Shown: positions 37,640-50,003 of the stretch, in pieces
Numbering within the stretch: position 1 is the stretch's first letter
Layout of the letters: every line of letters starts with the position of its first letter
Assembly: GCF_006345805.1 (NCBI RefSeq)
Contig: NC_043025.1
Coordinates: forward strand, 5,394,001 to 5,458,000
Length of the DNA stretch: 64,000 nucleotides
From: Octopus sinensis
Lineage: Eukaryota
Direction of reading: 5' to 3'
The notes under the pieces: generated by a model
Seen by the model: the letters and a program-made list of their open reading frames with translations, nothing else
Told to the model about the DNA's origin: nothing
Databases searched by the model: none
Translations under genes and position numbers: made by a program

Positions 37640-38520
37640 TTCTTTTTCTTTTCTTTCTTTCTTTTAATTGTTTCAGTCATTTGACTGCGGCCATACTGGA
37701 GCACCGCCTTTAGTCGAGCAAATCGACCCCGGGACTTATTCTTTGTAAGCCCAGTACTTATTCTATCGGTCTCTTTTTTGCCGAACCGCTAAGTGATGGG
37801 GACGTAAACACACCAGCATCGGTTGTCAAGCAATGCTAGGGGGACAAACACAGACACATACATACATATATACGACAGGCTTCTTTCAGTTTCCGTCTAC
37901 CAAATCCTCTCACTAGGCATTGGTCGGCCCGGGGCTATAGCAGAAGACACTTGGCCAAGATGCCACGCAGTGGGACTGAACCCGGAACCATGTGGTTGGT
38001 TAGCCAGCTACTTACCAAACAGCCACTCCTGCGCCTATATATGTCTGTCTATCTGTCTTACCCAAGGTGTCATGCAGTGGGACTGAACCCGGAACCATGT
38101 GGTTGGTAAGGAAGCTTCTTACTACACAACCATACCTGTGCCTATTTATATATATAGGAGTGGCTGTGTGGTAAGTAGCTTGCTGACAAACCACATGGTT
38201 CCGTGTTCAGTCCCACTGCGTGGCATCTTGGGCAAGTGCCTTCTGCTATAGCCCCTGGCCGACCAATGCCTGTGACTGGGTTTGGTAGACGGAAACTGAA
38301 AGAAGCCCGTCGTATATATGTATATATATATGTATGTGTTTGTGTGTCTGTGTTTACGTCCCCGTCACTTAGCGGTTCGGCAAAAGAGACCGATAGAATA
38401 TGTACTGGGCTTACAAAGAATAAGTCCCAGAGTCGATTTGCTCGACTGAAGGCGGTGCTCCAGCATGGCCGCAGTCAAATGACTGAAACAAGTAAAAGAG
38501 TAAAAAGAGTAAAAGAGTAA
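37640..38520. mobile_element. Divergent SINE-A pair (- 37640-38140; + 38155-38520)
   Basis: Consensus matches on both strands. Confidence 0.85.
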
Positions 38521-38899
38521 TATATATATATATACACACATACACATACACTCACACACACACACACACACATATATAGTTTATAAGAGTAACAACACTG
38601 ATGAGAAAGTGTAAATATTAGCTCAACAGTCAATGAAAGATGATATTCATATGTTTATGTTACAGCAGCTACTGGTTTGTGCTGTACGTGTGTGATAGTA
38701 AGCACAAGCATACGCATATATACTTTATGATATGTAAATATACAGATATGCTAAGTTGGCTATTAATTTGTAAGGTGTGTATGTGTGTGCGTGTATAGCA
38801 TAACATGATATATAAATATGTAAGACTAACCTTGGAGCAACAAACTCTGGTTGATCCTGTGAAAATATTTAATGTTTGTTGGTATATAGGACATTGTTT

Positions 38900-39330
38900 A
38901 AGTGTACATGTAGGACACTATTTATTGGTATATAGCACGTGTACTGTTTATTGATATTTAGGACATACTGTTTGTTGGTATTTAGGACATGCTGTTTATT
39001 GATATTTAGGACATTGTTTATTGGTATGTAGGACATACTATTTATTGGTATTTGGGACATGCTATTTATTGGTATGTAGGACATATTGTTCGTTGATATT
39101 TAGGACATACTGTTCATTGATATTTAGGACATAGTTTATTGATATGTAGGACATACTGTTTTGTGGTATTTAGGACATGTTATTTATTGGTATGTAGGAC
39201 ATACTGTTTATTGATATTTAGAGCATGCTGTTTATATAGGACATACTGTTCATTGATACTTAGGACATGCTGTTTATTGATATTTAGGACACACCGTTTA
39301 TTGGTATTTAGAACACTGTTTATAACTATC
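38900..39330. repeat. ~22-bp minisatellite (GTTTATTGATATTTAGGACATACT)n, about 19 units
   Basis: Directly visible. Confidence 0.88.
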
Positions 39331-40667
39331 TGGGATGGACTTTTGATGATAGATATGTATCACCCATCTTTACCACCCTATCTTCTTCCCAGGTACACCC
39401 AGCCACCCATATATAATGTAGTGTAACTGTTTGTCTACTCTATAGCAAGACACCTGTGCTTTTCTCTCCATCATAATTTAGCCTCTCAGCACCTGTCATA
39501 AAGCTAAACCTCCCCCCCCCCCTAAAATAATACTCCCCCTCACTTTATAATGGTGACTTTTTTTCCTTTTCCACTCTTAGTAGGCAACCTCACCAGTGTC
39601 AGTTGCACAAACCACCCAATGCATTCTGTCAGGTGGTTGGCATTAGGAAGGGCATCCAACTATAGAAAACATGCCAAAGCTGGTATTGGAGCTTGCCGCA
39701 GCCTTGCAGCTCACCTGAACCTGTCAAACTGTTTAATCCATATGATTCAAATGTACCTAAAACAAAGGGAGAGGCAGGTGAGAGATGAACAAGTAGGTGT
39801 ATTGGTTTGACACTCAGGAAAGAATGGAAAAGTCTTTGATGTTTCGAGCCTATGCCCTTTGGCAGGAAAGGATAAAGAGGAAAAAAAAGGACACACCATT
39901 TATTGGTATTTAGAACACGGTTTATTGCTATCTGGGATGCACTTTTGATGATAGATATGTATCACCCATCTATACCATCCTATCTTCTTCCGAGGTACAC
40001 CCAGCCACCCATATATAATGTAGTGTAACTGTTTGTCTACTCTATAGCAAGACACCTGTGCTTTGGCAGGAAAGGATAGAGAGGAAAAAAAAAACAATTT
40101 TTTAGATCAATGGTTCCACATGCTGAAAATCCATACCAGCATGGAAAATGGTCATTAAATGATGATGATTTTCAATAATTTCTTGATGACAATATCTTTT
40201 TGTAAAGATGTCGCGTTGATGTTTGTTTTGACTTATTTTTCAAATAACAAAAGGATAGATTTTTCTAGTTTTCACAGCAGTTGATTGTGACTGAGAGGGA
40301 AATTCCTATAACTTGATTCAGCGCAAAAATTGATAAATCAGAAGCATACATTCGGCGATCCATAGAAGTCATTCCTCAAAAATTCTTGTAGAATGATGGA
40401 TCTCCGCCCCGCTGAAAAAAAACGAAAAAGAAAAAGGGAAAGAAGCTTAGATATTAAACAGAATGCAGTGAATAAAAGATGTAAGAGAGGAAGGTGTGTG
40501 TGTTGTGAGTGAAGGGAGACAAAAGTGATGGGTTGCTGTAAGGGGTGGGGTTCAAAATGGATCAATGGAAGAAATTTTCTATGAAGGGAATAACTTTTGG
40601 TTAGCCCACATTACTCTGTAAGAAGCAGAAGGCTGGTTTTTCTAGCATATATATATATATATATATA

Positions 40668-41171
40668 CTAGCAGTATCGCCCGGCGTTGCTCGGGTTTGT
40701 AAGGGAAATAACTATATAAGCATTTTTAGTGAGTTATAGCAAAACAATAGCAAAAAAATGCATTAAAAATGGAATAAAAAATGATGGTAATTTTGGTGTC
40801 TTCAAGCCATGAAGTCGTTCTAAAAGAACGCTGGTCTCCTTGACAATGCTTTACGACGTTGATTTCCTTACACTCCCTTCCCCACAGCTTCACGAGGGAG
40901 GGAAGAAGGGGGAGAAGCAACACAGGTGCAGGTGTGACCATGGACGCCAACTCTGCCACCATCGACACACGAAAAAATATGCGTTAAAATGGAAAAAAAT
41001 GATGTTAAATTATTTTTAAAATCGTAGACTCATCGTAGACGCGTGCTAATACCCAGACGGGCTCGATATGAATCACGACTATAAGATACCCGAATTTGGT
41101 TAAACTGCACCGCAAAATGTGGGAGTAGTTGGGAATCTAAATCGTAGGAGACAGACACTCACACAACTACA

Positions 41172-41190
<19 letters not shown>
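40668..41190 (-). mobile_element. Non-autonomous Helitron, family 1
   Basis: CTAG 40668-40671 plus hairpin; reverse complement of 41780-42285. Confidence 0.85.
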
Positions 41191-41210
<20 letters not shown>

Positions 41211-41281
41211 CTAATATAGGATAAAATTTTTTTCGGGAAAAAAATGTTATCAATGGCCAGCATATCAAAAAATACCTTTAA

Positions 41282-41500
41282 CCCTTTAGTATTTAAACCG
41301 GCCATATCCGGCCAAAATATTTAATCTGTTTTATGTTCAAACTGACCAGATCCAGGCTCTCACACCTACCCTACAATGTTATTCTACATTAAGTAATTAC
41401 ACCATCAAGATCTTGAAGATATGAGATAATGCATGACTAATTCAAATCAATGGGAATCAATAGGCATTATGTTTGATAGAATAATCTGAACACTAAAGGG
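41282..41500 (+). mobile_element. piggyBac-like MITE
   Basis: TTAA-CCCTTTAG...CTAAAGGG-ctaa. Confidence 0.7.
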
Positions 41501-41562
41501 CTAAAGGTTAAATTTGCTTTTTCCATGGGTATGAGTAAGTATTTCACTTATATCTCGCGTAT

Positions 41563-41623
41563 TTGCCGCTGAAGAGGGGAAAATTTCTTATTAATTAACC
41601 CCGAAATTAGACCAATACGGTAA
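41563..41623 (+). ncRNA. Type I hammerhead ribozyme, second family
   Basis: TTGCCG CTGAAGA GGGG-19 nt-CCCC GAAA TT-agacc-AATA^ CGGTAA. Confidence 0.7.
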
Positions 41624-41779
41624 TAACGAATTTTTTAGAAATTTCTATCGGTTTGTTTCGAGATGCAGAAATTATAATGGTTATTGAAAAGTTTTGTCTT
41701 TTTTCGGTATCTTTGGCATTAGAATTTTTCTTTTGCTCTTATCTTGTAAATTATTTATATATATATATATATATGTATA

Positions 41780-42285
41780 TCTATATATATAAAACTGTAG
41801 TTGTGTGAGTGTCTGTCCCCTTCGATTTAGATTCCTAACTCCTCCCACATTTTGCGGTGCAGTTTAACCAAATTCGGGTATCTTATAGTCGTGATTCATA
41901 TCGAGCCCGTCTGACTATTAGCGCCCGTCTACGATGAGTCTACGATTTTAAAAATAATTTAACATCATTTTTTATTCCATTTTAAGGCATAAAATGCATC
42001 GTGTGTCGATGGCGGCGGAGTTGGCGTCCACGCTCACAGCTGCACCTGTTTGCTTCTTCCCCTTCCCTCCCTCGTGAAGCTGTGGGGAAGGGAGTGTAAA
42101 GAAATCAACGTCGTAATGCGTTGTGAAGGAAACCAGCGTTCTTTTAGAACAACGACTTCATGGCTTGAAGACACCAAAATAAAAATGGCTAAGAAAGCCC
42201 GAATTTATAAGGGAAGTAACTCTCTAAAAATGCTTATATAGTTATTTCCCTTACAAACCCGAGCAACGCCGGGCGATACTGCTAG
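41780..42285 (+). mobile_element. Non-autonomous Helitron, family 1
   Basis: A|TC start, CCCGAGCAACGCCGGG hairpin, CTAG|T end. Confidence 0.88.
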
Positions 42286-42294
42286 TATATATAT

Positions 42295-42476
42295 AAAATA
42301 AGAAAATGGAGAAATACACCTTAATCAATAATCAACTACCAGATAATACCCAATCACATAATTTATTAAACCCACTACATATCAACATCAAGGTCAGTGG
42401 GTTAATAAATTATGTGATTGGGTATTATCTGGGAGTTGATTATTGATTAAGGTGTATTTCTCCATTTTCTTATTTT
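42295..42476. repeat. Near-perfect inverted repeat, ~82-bp arms, 19-nt loop
   Basis: Arms 42295-42376 and 42396-42476. Confidence 0.9.
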
Positions 42477-42674
42477 GTATTATTAATTTGTGGTAAAACA
42501 TTTTACCTTTGACCATATAATACAGTAAATGAATTAATTGTATCGCAATTCTTAACATTTATGTATTAACTTTGTTGGGTACTTCAATAGCAGTATATTG
42601 GATATATGTTATCCCATGGAGGGTTGCATTTACAACCCCTGTCTCAATTTGTATATATATATATATATATATAC

Positions 42675-42887
42675 TCTCTTTTACTCTTTTACTTGTTTCA
42701 GTCATTTGACTGCGGCCATGCTGGAGCACCGCCTTTAGTCGAGCAACTCGACCCCAAGACTTATTCTTTTTGTAAGCCCAGTACTTATTCTATTGGTCTC
42801 TTTTTGCCAAACCGCTAAGTGACGGGGACGTAAACATACCAGCATCGGTTGTCAAGCAATGCTAGGGGAACAAACACAGACACACAA

Positions 42888-42920
<33 letters not shown>

Positions 42921-43089
42921 CATATATACGACAGGCTTCTTTCAGTTTCCGTCTACCAAATCCACTCACAAGGCATTGGTCGGCCCGGGGCTATAGCAGA
43001 AGACACTTGCCCAAGATGCCACGCAGTGGGACTGAACCCGGAACCATGTGGTTCGTTAGCAAGCTACTTACCACACAGCCACGCCTGCG

Positions 43090-43092
<3 letters not shown>
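42675..43092 (-). mobile_element. SINE-A, full length
   Basis: Consensus match. Confidence 0.88.
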
Positions 43093-43140
<48 letters not shown>

Positions 43141-43383
43141 TTTATAATTAGGGTTCAGCAAAGATTTGCTTTACCACATACCGAAGTTTAGAAATAGCAG
43201 CCAAAAAACCTTAGCTATTTCTTCTACTTTAAAAAGGACTCCCAGAAAACCCAAAATACTTGAAAACAATCCACGCAGGCAGAGAGGAAAAGTAACGCAA
43301 ATCAATCTATATCTGATCACCCATGTACGCATTTCGGAATTAGATCGGTATAAAGAATATAAAATTATACTTTACCCAACCAA

Positions 43384-43879
43384 CTAGCAGTATCGCCCGG
43401 CGTTGCTCGAGGTTTGTTTCAACCCTTTAGAATTGGAATTTTTGAAAAGTTAAAAATTTTGCATTATGTAGCTTGTTATTCTCTTTAACCCTTTAGCATT
43501 TAAACCGGCCATATCCGGCCAAAAGTATTCTGCCTGTTTTATGTTCAAACTGGCCGTATCTGGTCTCTTACACCAACCCTACAATATCGTTTTAAAAATT
43601 AACGGCTACCTCATCAAAATCTCCTAGCTACAAGATAATGCATTATTAGTTCAAAACAACATGGATAAAAAAGCCTTAATTTTAGCAGAATGACGTGAAC
43701 ACTAAAGGGTTAAGTGAACATTTTTCTGGTTGAAATACACCGAAAAATGGCGACACAGCAGTCAAAAAGTCGTTTAAAAAAAATAGGGATTTTCATAGAA
43801 AAAAAGCACCTTTTTGATGAAAATAATTTTTGGTGTTAACATGGTCCGATTTGAATTTTATCTACTACGAAATGAAGAG
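43384..43879 (-). mobile_element. Helitron family 2, 3' part, containing a MITE insertion
   Basis: CTAG 43384-43387 plus hairpin; matches the reverse complement of the 27.1-27.4 kb region. Confidence 0.75.
43489..43709 (+). mobile_element. piggyBac-like MITE with TTAA target-site duplication
   Basis: TTAA 43485-43488 and 43710-43713; TIR CCCTTTAG. Confidence 0.85.
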
Positions 43880-43984
43880 CATCTTCACTATCTTGTCCGG
43901 CAGCTTATTCCACGGATCCACAACCCGGACGGAGAAAGCCCCTCTCCTTCGATTGAGATGAAATCATCGCAGGTAGAGCTTTTT
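43879..43984 (-). mobile_element. CR1 internal fragment, inverted
   Basis: Reverse complement of the 44458-44562 region. Confidence 0.85.
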
Positions 43985-44217
43985 GTCTGTTAAGACGCTT
44001 AGATGAGAAATTTTCAAAATCAAAGGTGTCTATTTACTTCCTGCATGTCTGTGTATATCATATTGTTTTGCTAAAATCCAGTAGGTCCAAGGAGTGCATC
44101 ATGCTCTGATGCCTGCTTTGGCATGGTTTCAACAGCTGGATGCCCTTCCAAATGCCAACCACCATGTAGACAGGGTGCTCTATTCAAGCCACTTGCATTG
44201 TCGAGGTCACTATGCAG

Positions 44218-44713
44218 CTCTCCTCAAAGACATACAGCATCTTGAAAGAGTCCAGAAGCTGGCTACCCGCATGGTTCATGGTCTCAAAAATTTTTCCTAT
44301 GAAGAAAGGCTGAGGACGCTCGACCTTTATTCTCTAGAAAAACGCCACCGCCGTGGTGATCTCATTCTCGCTCACAACATCATAAGCGGAAAGTGTAACC
44401 TCTCGAAAGAGCTGTTCTTCACTCCTGCTCCAGAGCGTCGGCTGCGGGGTCATTCCGAAAAGCTCTACCTGCGACGATTTCATCTCAATCGAAGGAGAGG
44501 AGCTTTCTCCGTCCGGGTTGCGGATCCGTAGAACAAGGTGCCAAACGAGATGGTGAAGATGCCGATGACCGCTTTGTTCAAAGCCTCCCTTGACCTCAAG
44601 TGGCCTGAACTCTTTACATGAACACCACCCTGTACTTAACTCCATGTCCCCCTACATGGCCTTGCTATTTGCTTTTGAGCCAAATTAACTAACTAACTAA
44701 CTAACTAATTAAC
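44218..44713 (+). mobile_element. CR1-clade LINE 3' end
   Basis: LLKDIQHLERVQKLATRMVHGLKNFSYEERLRTLDLYSLEKR..RGDLI; (CTAA)n tail. Confidence 0.9.
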
Positions 44714-44959
44714 TCTCCTGATTACAAACCCAACGGTGGGGTGGTCAGCTTCATGCTAGGATATGAGGGAATAACCTATGAGAAGGTGGTAGGGGTCAAA
44801 GCAAGTTCTTGTACAGGATCTGCATGGCTATGCACATTTAGTAGGAGGGAGGGGAGAGAGAGAGAAAAGAGAAAATGGTCTGTGAGAGCTGCCAAAGAAG
44901 GATGGTCATAACTGGAGTGGATTTAACCAGTGATCAACTCAATCTGGGTCTAAATTATG

Positions 44960-45345
44960 GAAGCACTCCGTCGGTTACGACGATGAGGGTTCCGGTTGAT
45001 CCGAATCAACGGAACAGCCTGCTTGTGAAATTAACGTGTAAGTGGCTGAGCACTCCACAGACATGTGCACCCTTAACGTAGTTCTCGGGGATATTCAGCG
45101 TGACACAGAGAGTGACAAGGCCGGCCCTTTGAAATACAGGTACAACAGAAACAGGAAGTAAGAGTGAGAGAAAGTTGTGGTGAAAGAGTACAGCAGGGAT
45201 CACCACCATCCCCTGCCGGAGCCTTGTGGTGCTTTTTAGGTGTTTTCGCTCAATAAACACTCACAACGCCCGGTCTGGGAATCGAAACCGCGATCCTATG
45301 ACCGCGAGTCCACTGCCCTAACCACTGAGCCATTGCGCTTCCACG
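44960..45345 (-). mobile_element. SINE-D (tRNA-like head) with tail X
   Basis: Minus strand TGGCTCAGTGG...GGTTTCGATTCCC; tail shared with the SINE-C copy at 27781. Confidence 0.8.
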
Positions 45346-45589
45346 GGTCTAAATTACACATTAATAGTACAGCATCATCATCATCATCGTTTAGCGTCCG
45401 CTTTCCATGCTAGCATGGGTTGGACAGTTCGACTGGGGCTTGGGAAGCCAGAAGGCTGCGCCAATCTCCAGTCTGATCTGGCAGTGTTTCTACAGCTGGA
45501 TGCCCTTCCTAACGCCAACCACTCCGTGAGTGTAGTGGGTGCTTTTTACGTGCCACTGCACAGGAGTGTTTTGATATCTCTCTATCTAT

Positions 45590-47540
45590 CTATCACTGTC
45601 TTCAACTTCCAGGGCTCTTCCCCTTTTCTCCCCCTCTCTCTTTCCTTGCTCTCTCTCCCCTCCCTCTTCTCCACTGTCTCCAATCTCTTCCTCCTCTTTT
45701 TCCAAACTCTACCCTCTCTCTTCCCCTCTTTCCCCTCTCATCACTATCTCAACACCCTCCCCTCTCTCTTCCTCCTCCTCCCTCTTCCCCTCCCTCTTCC
45801 CCTCCCTATCTCCTTCCTCTCCTTTCTACTTTTCCTTACTCTATCCTCTTTTCTCCTTCCTCCTCCTTCCCTTTCCCTTTATCTCCTATTTGTTCTCTTA
45901 TCCTCCTACTCTTACGCTTTCCCTTGCTCTCTTTCCTCTCCCTCCCTTCTTGCCTCTCTCCTTTATCCTTTTCATTTCCCCCTCTCTCTCCTTTCCTATT
46001 TTCCTCTCTCCCCTCTCAGTCTCACTTCCCCCTTCCTTGCAAATCCCTTTAAAATTTGTCTCTCCCTCACCATCACCATCTATCTCTCTTCCTTCCACTC
46101 CCTCTCTCTCCTCTCTCTCTCTCTCCCTCCTTTCACTTATCTCCTCCTACCTCCCTCTTGTTCCACTCCTTTCTCTCTTTTGCTTTATTATCCCCCCCAA
46201 ACCCTCTTTTCTTCTCTCCCTCCTTCCAACTTTCTATCTTTCTGCTTGCAATCCCTTTGAAGTCTCTCTGTTTCCCCTTCACCTCTTTCTTACTTTATCT
46301 TCCTTCGTTCTCCCGTCATCATCATCACCACCACCACCATCGTCATCACTATCATCACCACCATCGTCATCACCATCGCAACCACCATCATCACCACCAC
46401 CATCGTCATCACTATCATCACCACCATCGTCATCACCATCGCAACCACCATCATCACCACCACCATCGTCATCACCATCGCAACCACTATCATCACACCA
46501 TCGTCACCACCATCATCACCACCTCCATCATCATCATCACCGTCCGCAACCACTATCACCACCATCATCATCACCACCACCATCGTCACCACCACCGTCG
46601 TCACCACCACCATCATCACCACCACCATCGTCACCACCACCGTCATCACCACCACCATCGTCACCACCACCATCGTCACCACCATCATCACCACCACCAC
46701 TATCATCATCACCATCCGCAACCATTATCATCACCACCACCATCGTCATCCATCATCATCACCACCCCATCGCACCACCATCATCACCACCACCCGAACC
46801 ATCGTCCCACTATCATCACACCAACCCACCATCATCAACCAACCACCATCGTCACTACCATCATCATCACCACCATCGTCATCACCATCATCACCACACC
46901 ACCATCACCACCATCATCACACCACCACCACCATCATCACCACCCCATCGTCCACTCCATCATCATCACCACCATCGTCATCACCTCATCACACCACCAC
47001 CACCATCGTCACCATCATCACCACCACCACCATCATCACCACCACCATCGTCACTACCATCATCATCACCACCATCGTCATCACCATCATCACCACCACC
47101 ACCATCGTCACCATCATCACCACCACCACCATCATCACCACCACCATTGTCACCCACCATTCACCATCACATCACCATCCATCACCACCACTCGTCATCA
47201 ACCACATCACCACCAACCACTATCAATCATCACCACATCAGACCACCATCATCACAACCATCACCACCACATCATCATCACCACCACCATCGTCACCACC
47301 ATCATCACCACCACCATCGTCATCACCACCATCATCACCACCACCGTCATCACCATCATCACCACCACCACTATCATCATCACCATCCGCAACCATTATC
47401 ATCACCACCACCATCGTCACCATCATCATCGGCCGCAACCACCACCACCACTATCGTCACCACCATCACCATCGTCACCACCATCACCATCGTCACCACC
47501 ATCACCATCGTCATCACCGTCGCAACCTCCTCCATCACCA
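45590..47540. repeat. ~700-bp polypyrimidine (CT-rich) tract followed by a ~1.2-kb (CAT/CAC/CGT)n block
   Basis: Directly visible; source of the poly-His/Pro/Ser ORFs. Confidence 0.92.
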
Positions 47541-48429
47541 CCTTACACAAATCATTACAATATGTAGGTCAGTGTTGTCAGTCTACATTTCTAGCCCCAG
47601 TCTCCCTCCACAGATGATGAGTCACTTCTTTAATCCAAGCCACCACCACCACCACTCTCTCTCCCTCTCTCACACACACACACAGTCTTTATGTCTAACA
47701 CCACTACTCTCTCTTCCTCTCCCTTCTCTCTCTCTCTTGGACCACCACTCTCTCTTCCATCGGCTCCCTGTCTCTCTCACTCAATACCTCCAACTCCCAC
47801 AATCACCACCATCATCAGTCAATACCTCCTACTCTCACCCTCCCTTCTTAACTGCTACCATCGATAAACATCACCACCTTTAGTCAATACCTCCTACTAC
47901 GACCACCACCATCAAGCAACACCTCCTCCAACTCTTACCACCACCCCCTGCCATCCCTCGTCTCAGCCTGCTAAAAATAATAACCAAATTTCCCTCACAT
48001 CTCACCCTGCCTTTATTACATTGGGTATTGTCCAGCTGTTATATCACTAAGCATCGTTCTACCTGATCGTGGTCAACCTTGAGCTAAACAACAATTACTT
48101 ACTATACTGACCACTGCCACTCTGGTCTTTCAACCTGCTAAAAATAGCAGCTGAATCTCCCCCAAATTGGGTAATATCCAGCTGGAATATCATTGATCAT
48201 AGCTCTGCCTCATCGGGTTTGACCTAGGGCTAAATAATGGCAATGCCACTGTCATAATAATGATAATTTAAATATGGAAAGGAGAAGTCAAATTGACATT
48301 ACAATTGTTTCCATAAACAGACGATATTTTTCTGCCATATATCATACATTGTTATGCAATTCAGACAGTGTTATGTCTTACATGCCATAATATATGGAAT
48401 AATATTCCTGTAGTCCATTCACTTCTTCA

Positions 48430-48690
48430 GATGTCATTTGAAGGCACGATCATGCCTACATATACAGATATATAAATTGGCATGGTTTATGTGTATCGTG
48501 TGTACCGTTAGCATTTTTTTTCCTCTGTCTTCTCTTCTCTGGATCTTTCCTTCTCCTATGTTTCCGACAAAGAGCTCCGCTCGAAACGTTAAACCCTCTT
48601 TCTTTCTTGAGCATCCAATAATACTATATTTGTTCCACGTCCTCACGTTGTTGTGTTTTTTTATGCTTTCTTGTTTGGATTAACTATATA
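48430..48690 (+). mobile_element. PLE terminal-repeat-like fragment with degenerate hammerhead (48560-48594)
   Basis: GTTT CCGACAA A GAGC-tcc-GCTC GAAA C GTT AAAC. Confidence 0.55.
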
Positions 48691-48809
48691 TATATATATA
48701 TATATATATTTGTAAAAAATGAAGTTTGAAAATGCTGCTATATTAGACAAATTTTAATTTTTATATATACATTATTTATTTATTGAATATATATATACAT
48801 TATTTATTT

Positions 48810-48849
<40 letters not shown>

Positions 48850-49509
48850 TATTATTCCAAACTTACAGGAAAAATTCAATTTAGAAATACTAAATCAAAT
48901 TTCACAAAATATAATATATATATATAAATTAGAAAAAAAAACTACCTTTTATCAATTCCATAATGAAAAATTAAATTACACAATCTAGAAAAGGACATAT
49001 TATAGAAAGATTAAATATAAGATAAAATACATAACGATGATTAAGTAATGTGCAAAATAATAAATAAAACGTATATATTTGGTAGAATAACGACACGTGT
49101 TTCGTGGCTATATTTAAGAAATGATTATAGTAAAAATATTAGTAAAAAAATTTTCTAGATGGTGTAATTTAATTTTTCATTATTGCATTGATAAAAGGTG
49201 GGGTTTTTTTTTCTAATTTATATATATATATATATATATATAGGAGAGTATTGTAGTTCGTCTGAAGCATTGTGAATTGTTTGTAAAGAATAAAAAGTTC
49301 TGAATGGTGCAACAATGCACTATAATACAGACTGTGGGATATATAACTGTTGTAATTTACTGATCCATAGTCTGATATGATATTTCAGAATAATATTCCT
49401 TCTTCAGATATTCTTAGATGCAGTGACTCCATTTAACTACATGTGGATTGTTGGTGATTTTTTTTTTCTTCCGTTTTTTGTTTTTCTCTTGGACTTTCCT
49501 CTGTCTCCT

Positions 49510-49545
49510 GTTTCTGAAGAAGAGCATTTGCTCGAAACGTAAAAC
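49510..49545 (+). ncRNA. Minimal type I hammerhead ribozyme, third family, intact core
   Basis: GTTT CTGAAGA A GAGC-attt-GCTC GAAA C GTA^ AAAC; palindromic ACGT stem III. Confidence 0.78.
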
Positions 49546-49667
49546 TAATTTCTTTCCTTCCCTGAGTGTCTGCTAATACTCTGCATGTACCACATCCTCA
49601 CGTTGCTTTTTCTTCAATTTTTTTTTTTTTGACCCCTGATTATAATTATATATATATATTTGTGCAT

Positions 49668-49975
49668 CTGTGGAGGCGCAATGGACCAGTGGTTAGGGCA
49701 GTGGACTCGCGGTCATAGGATCGTGGTTTCGATTCCCAGACCGGGCGTTGTGAGTGTTTATTGAGCGAAAACACCTGAAGCTCCACGAGGCTCGGGCAGG
49801 GTATGGTGGTGATCCCTGCTGTACTATTTCGCCACAGCTTTCTCTCACTCTTTCTTCTGTTGGCCTGCTCGCTTAGCCAGCGGGATGGCGTCATTTGAAG
49901 GCTAAAACAATGGGAAGCACATTGTGACCAGCGATGTGTAGCAACATCTGATAGCCTGGTCGGTCACGGTGATAT
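49668..49975 (+). mobile_element. SINE-D with tail Y
   Basis: Same head and first ~180 bp as 44960-45345, different 3' part. Confidence 0.8.
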
Positions 49976-50003
49976 GTGCATGTATATATGTATATATATA
50001 TAC

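Noticed and set aside
38595-38645. CTGATGA core-like motif
   Set aside because: No properly placed stem II/GAAA and no stem I complement
45890-47617. Long ORFs (575 and 503 aa) rich in Pro/Ser/His, plus similar poly-V, poly-T, C/V, H/T and Y/I ORFs elsewhere
   Set aside because: They are translations of trinucleotide and dinucleotide repeats, open in several frames on both strands, with no domain content
49365-49415. Minus-strand hammerhead-like CTGAAGA...GAAA
   Set aside because: Stem I cannot form after either possible triplet, and it is antisense to the well-formed HHR at 49510
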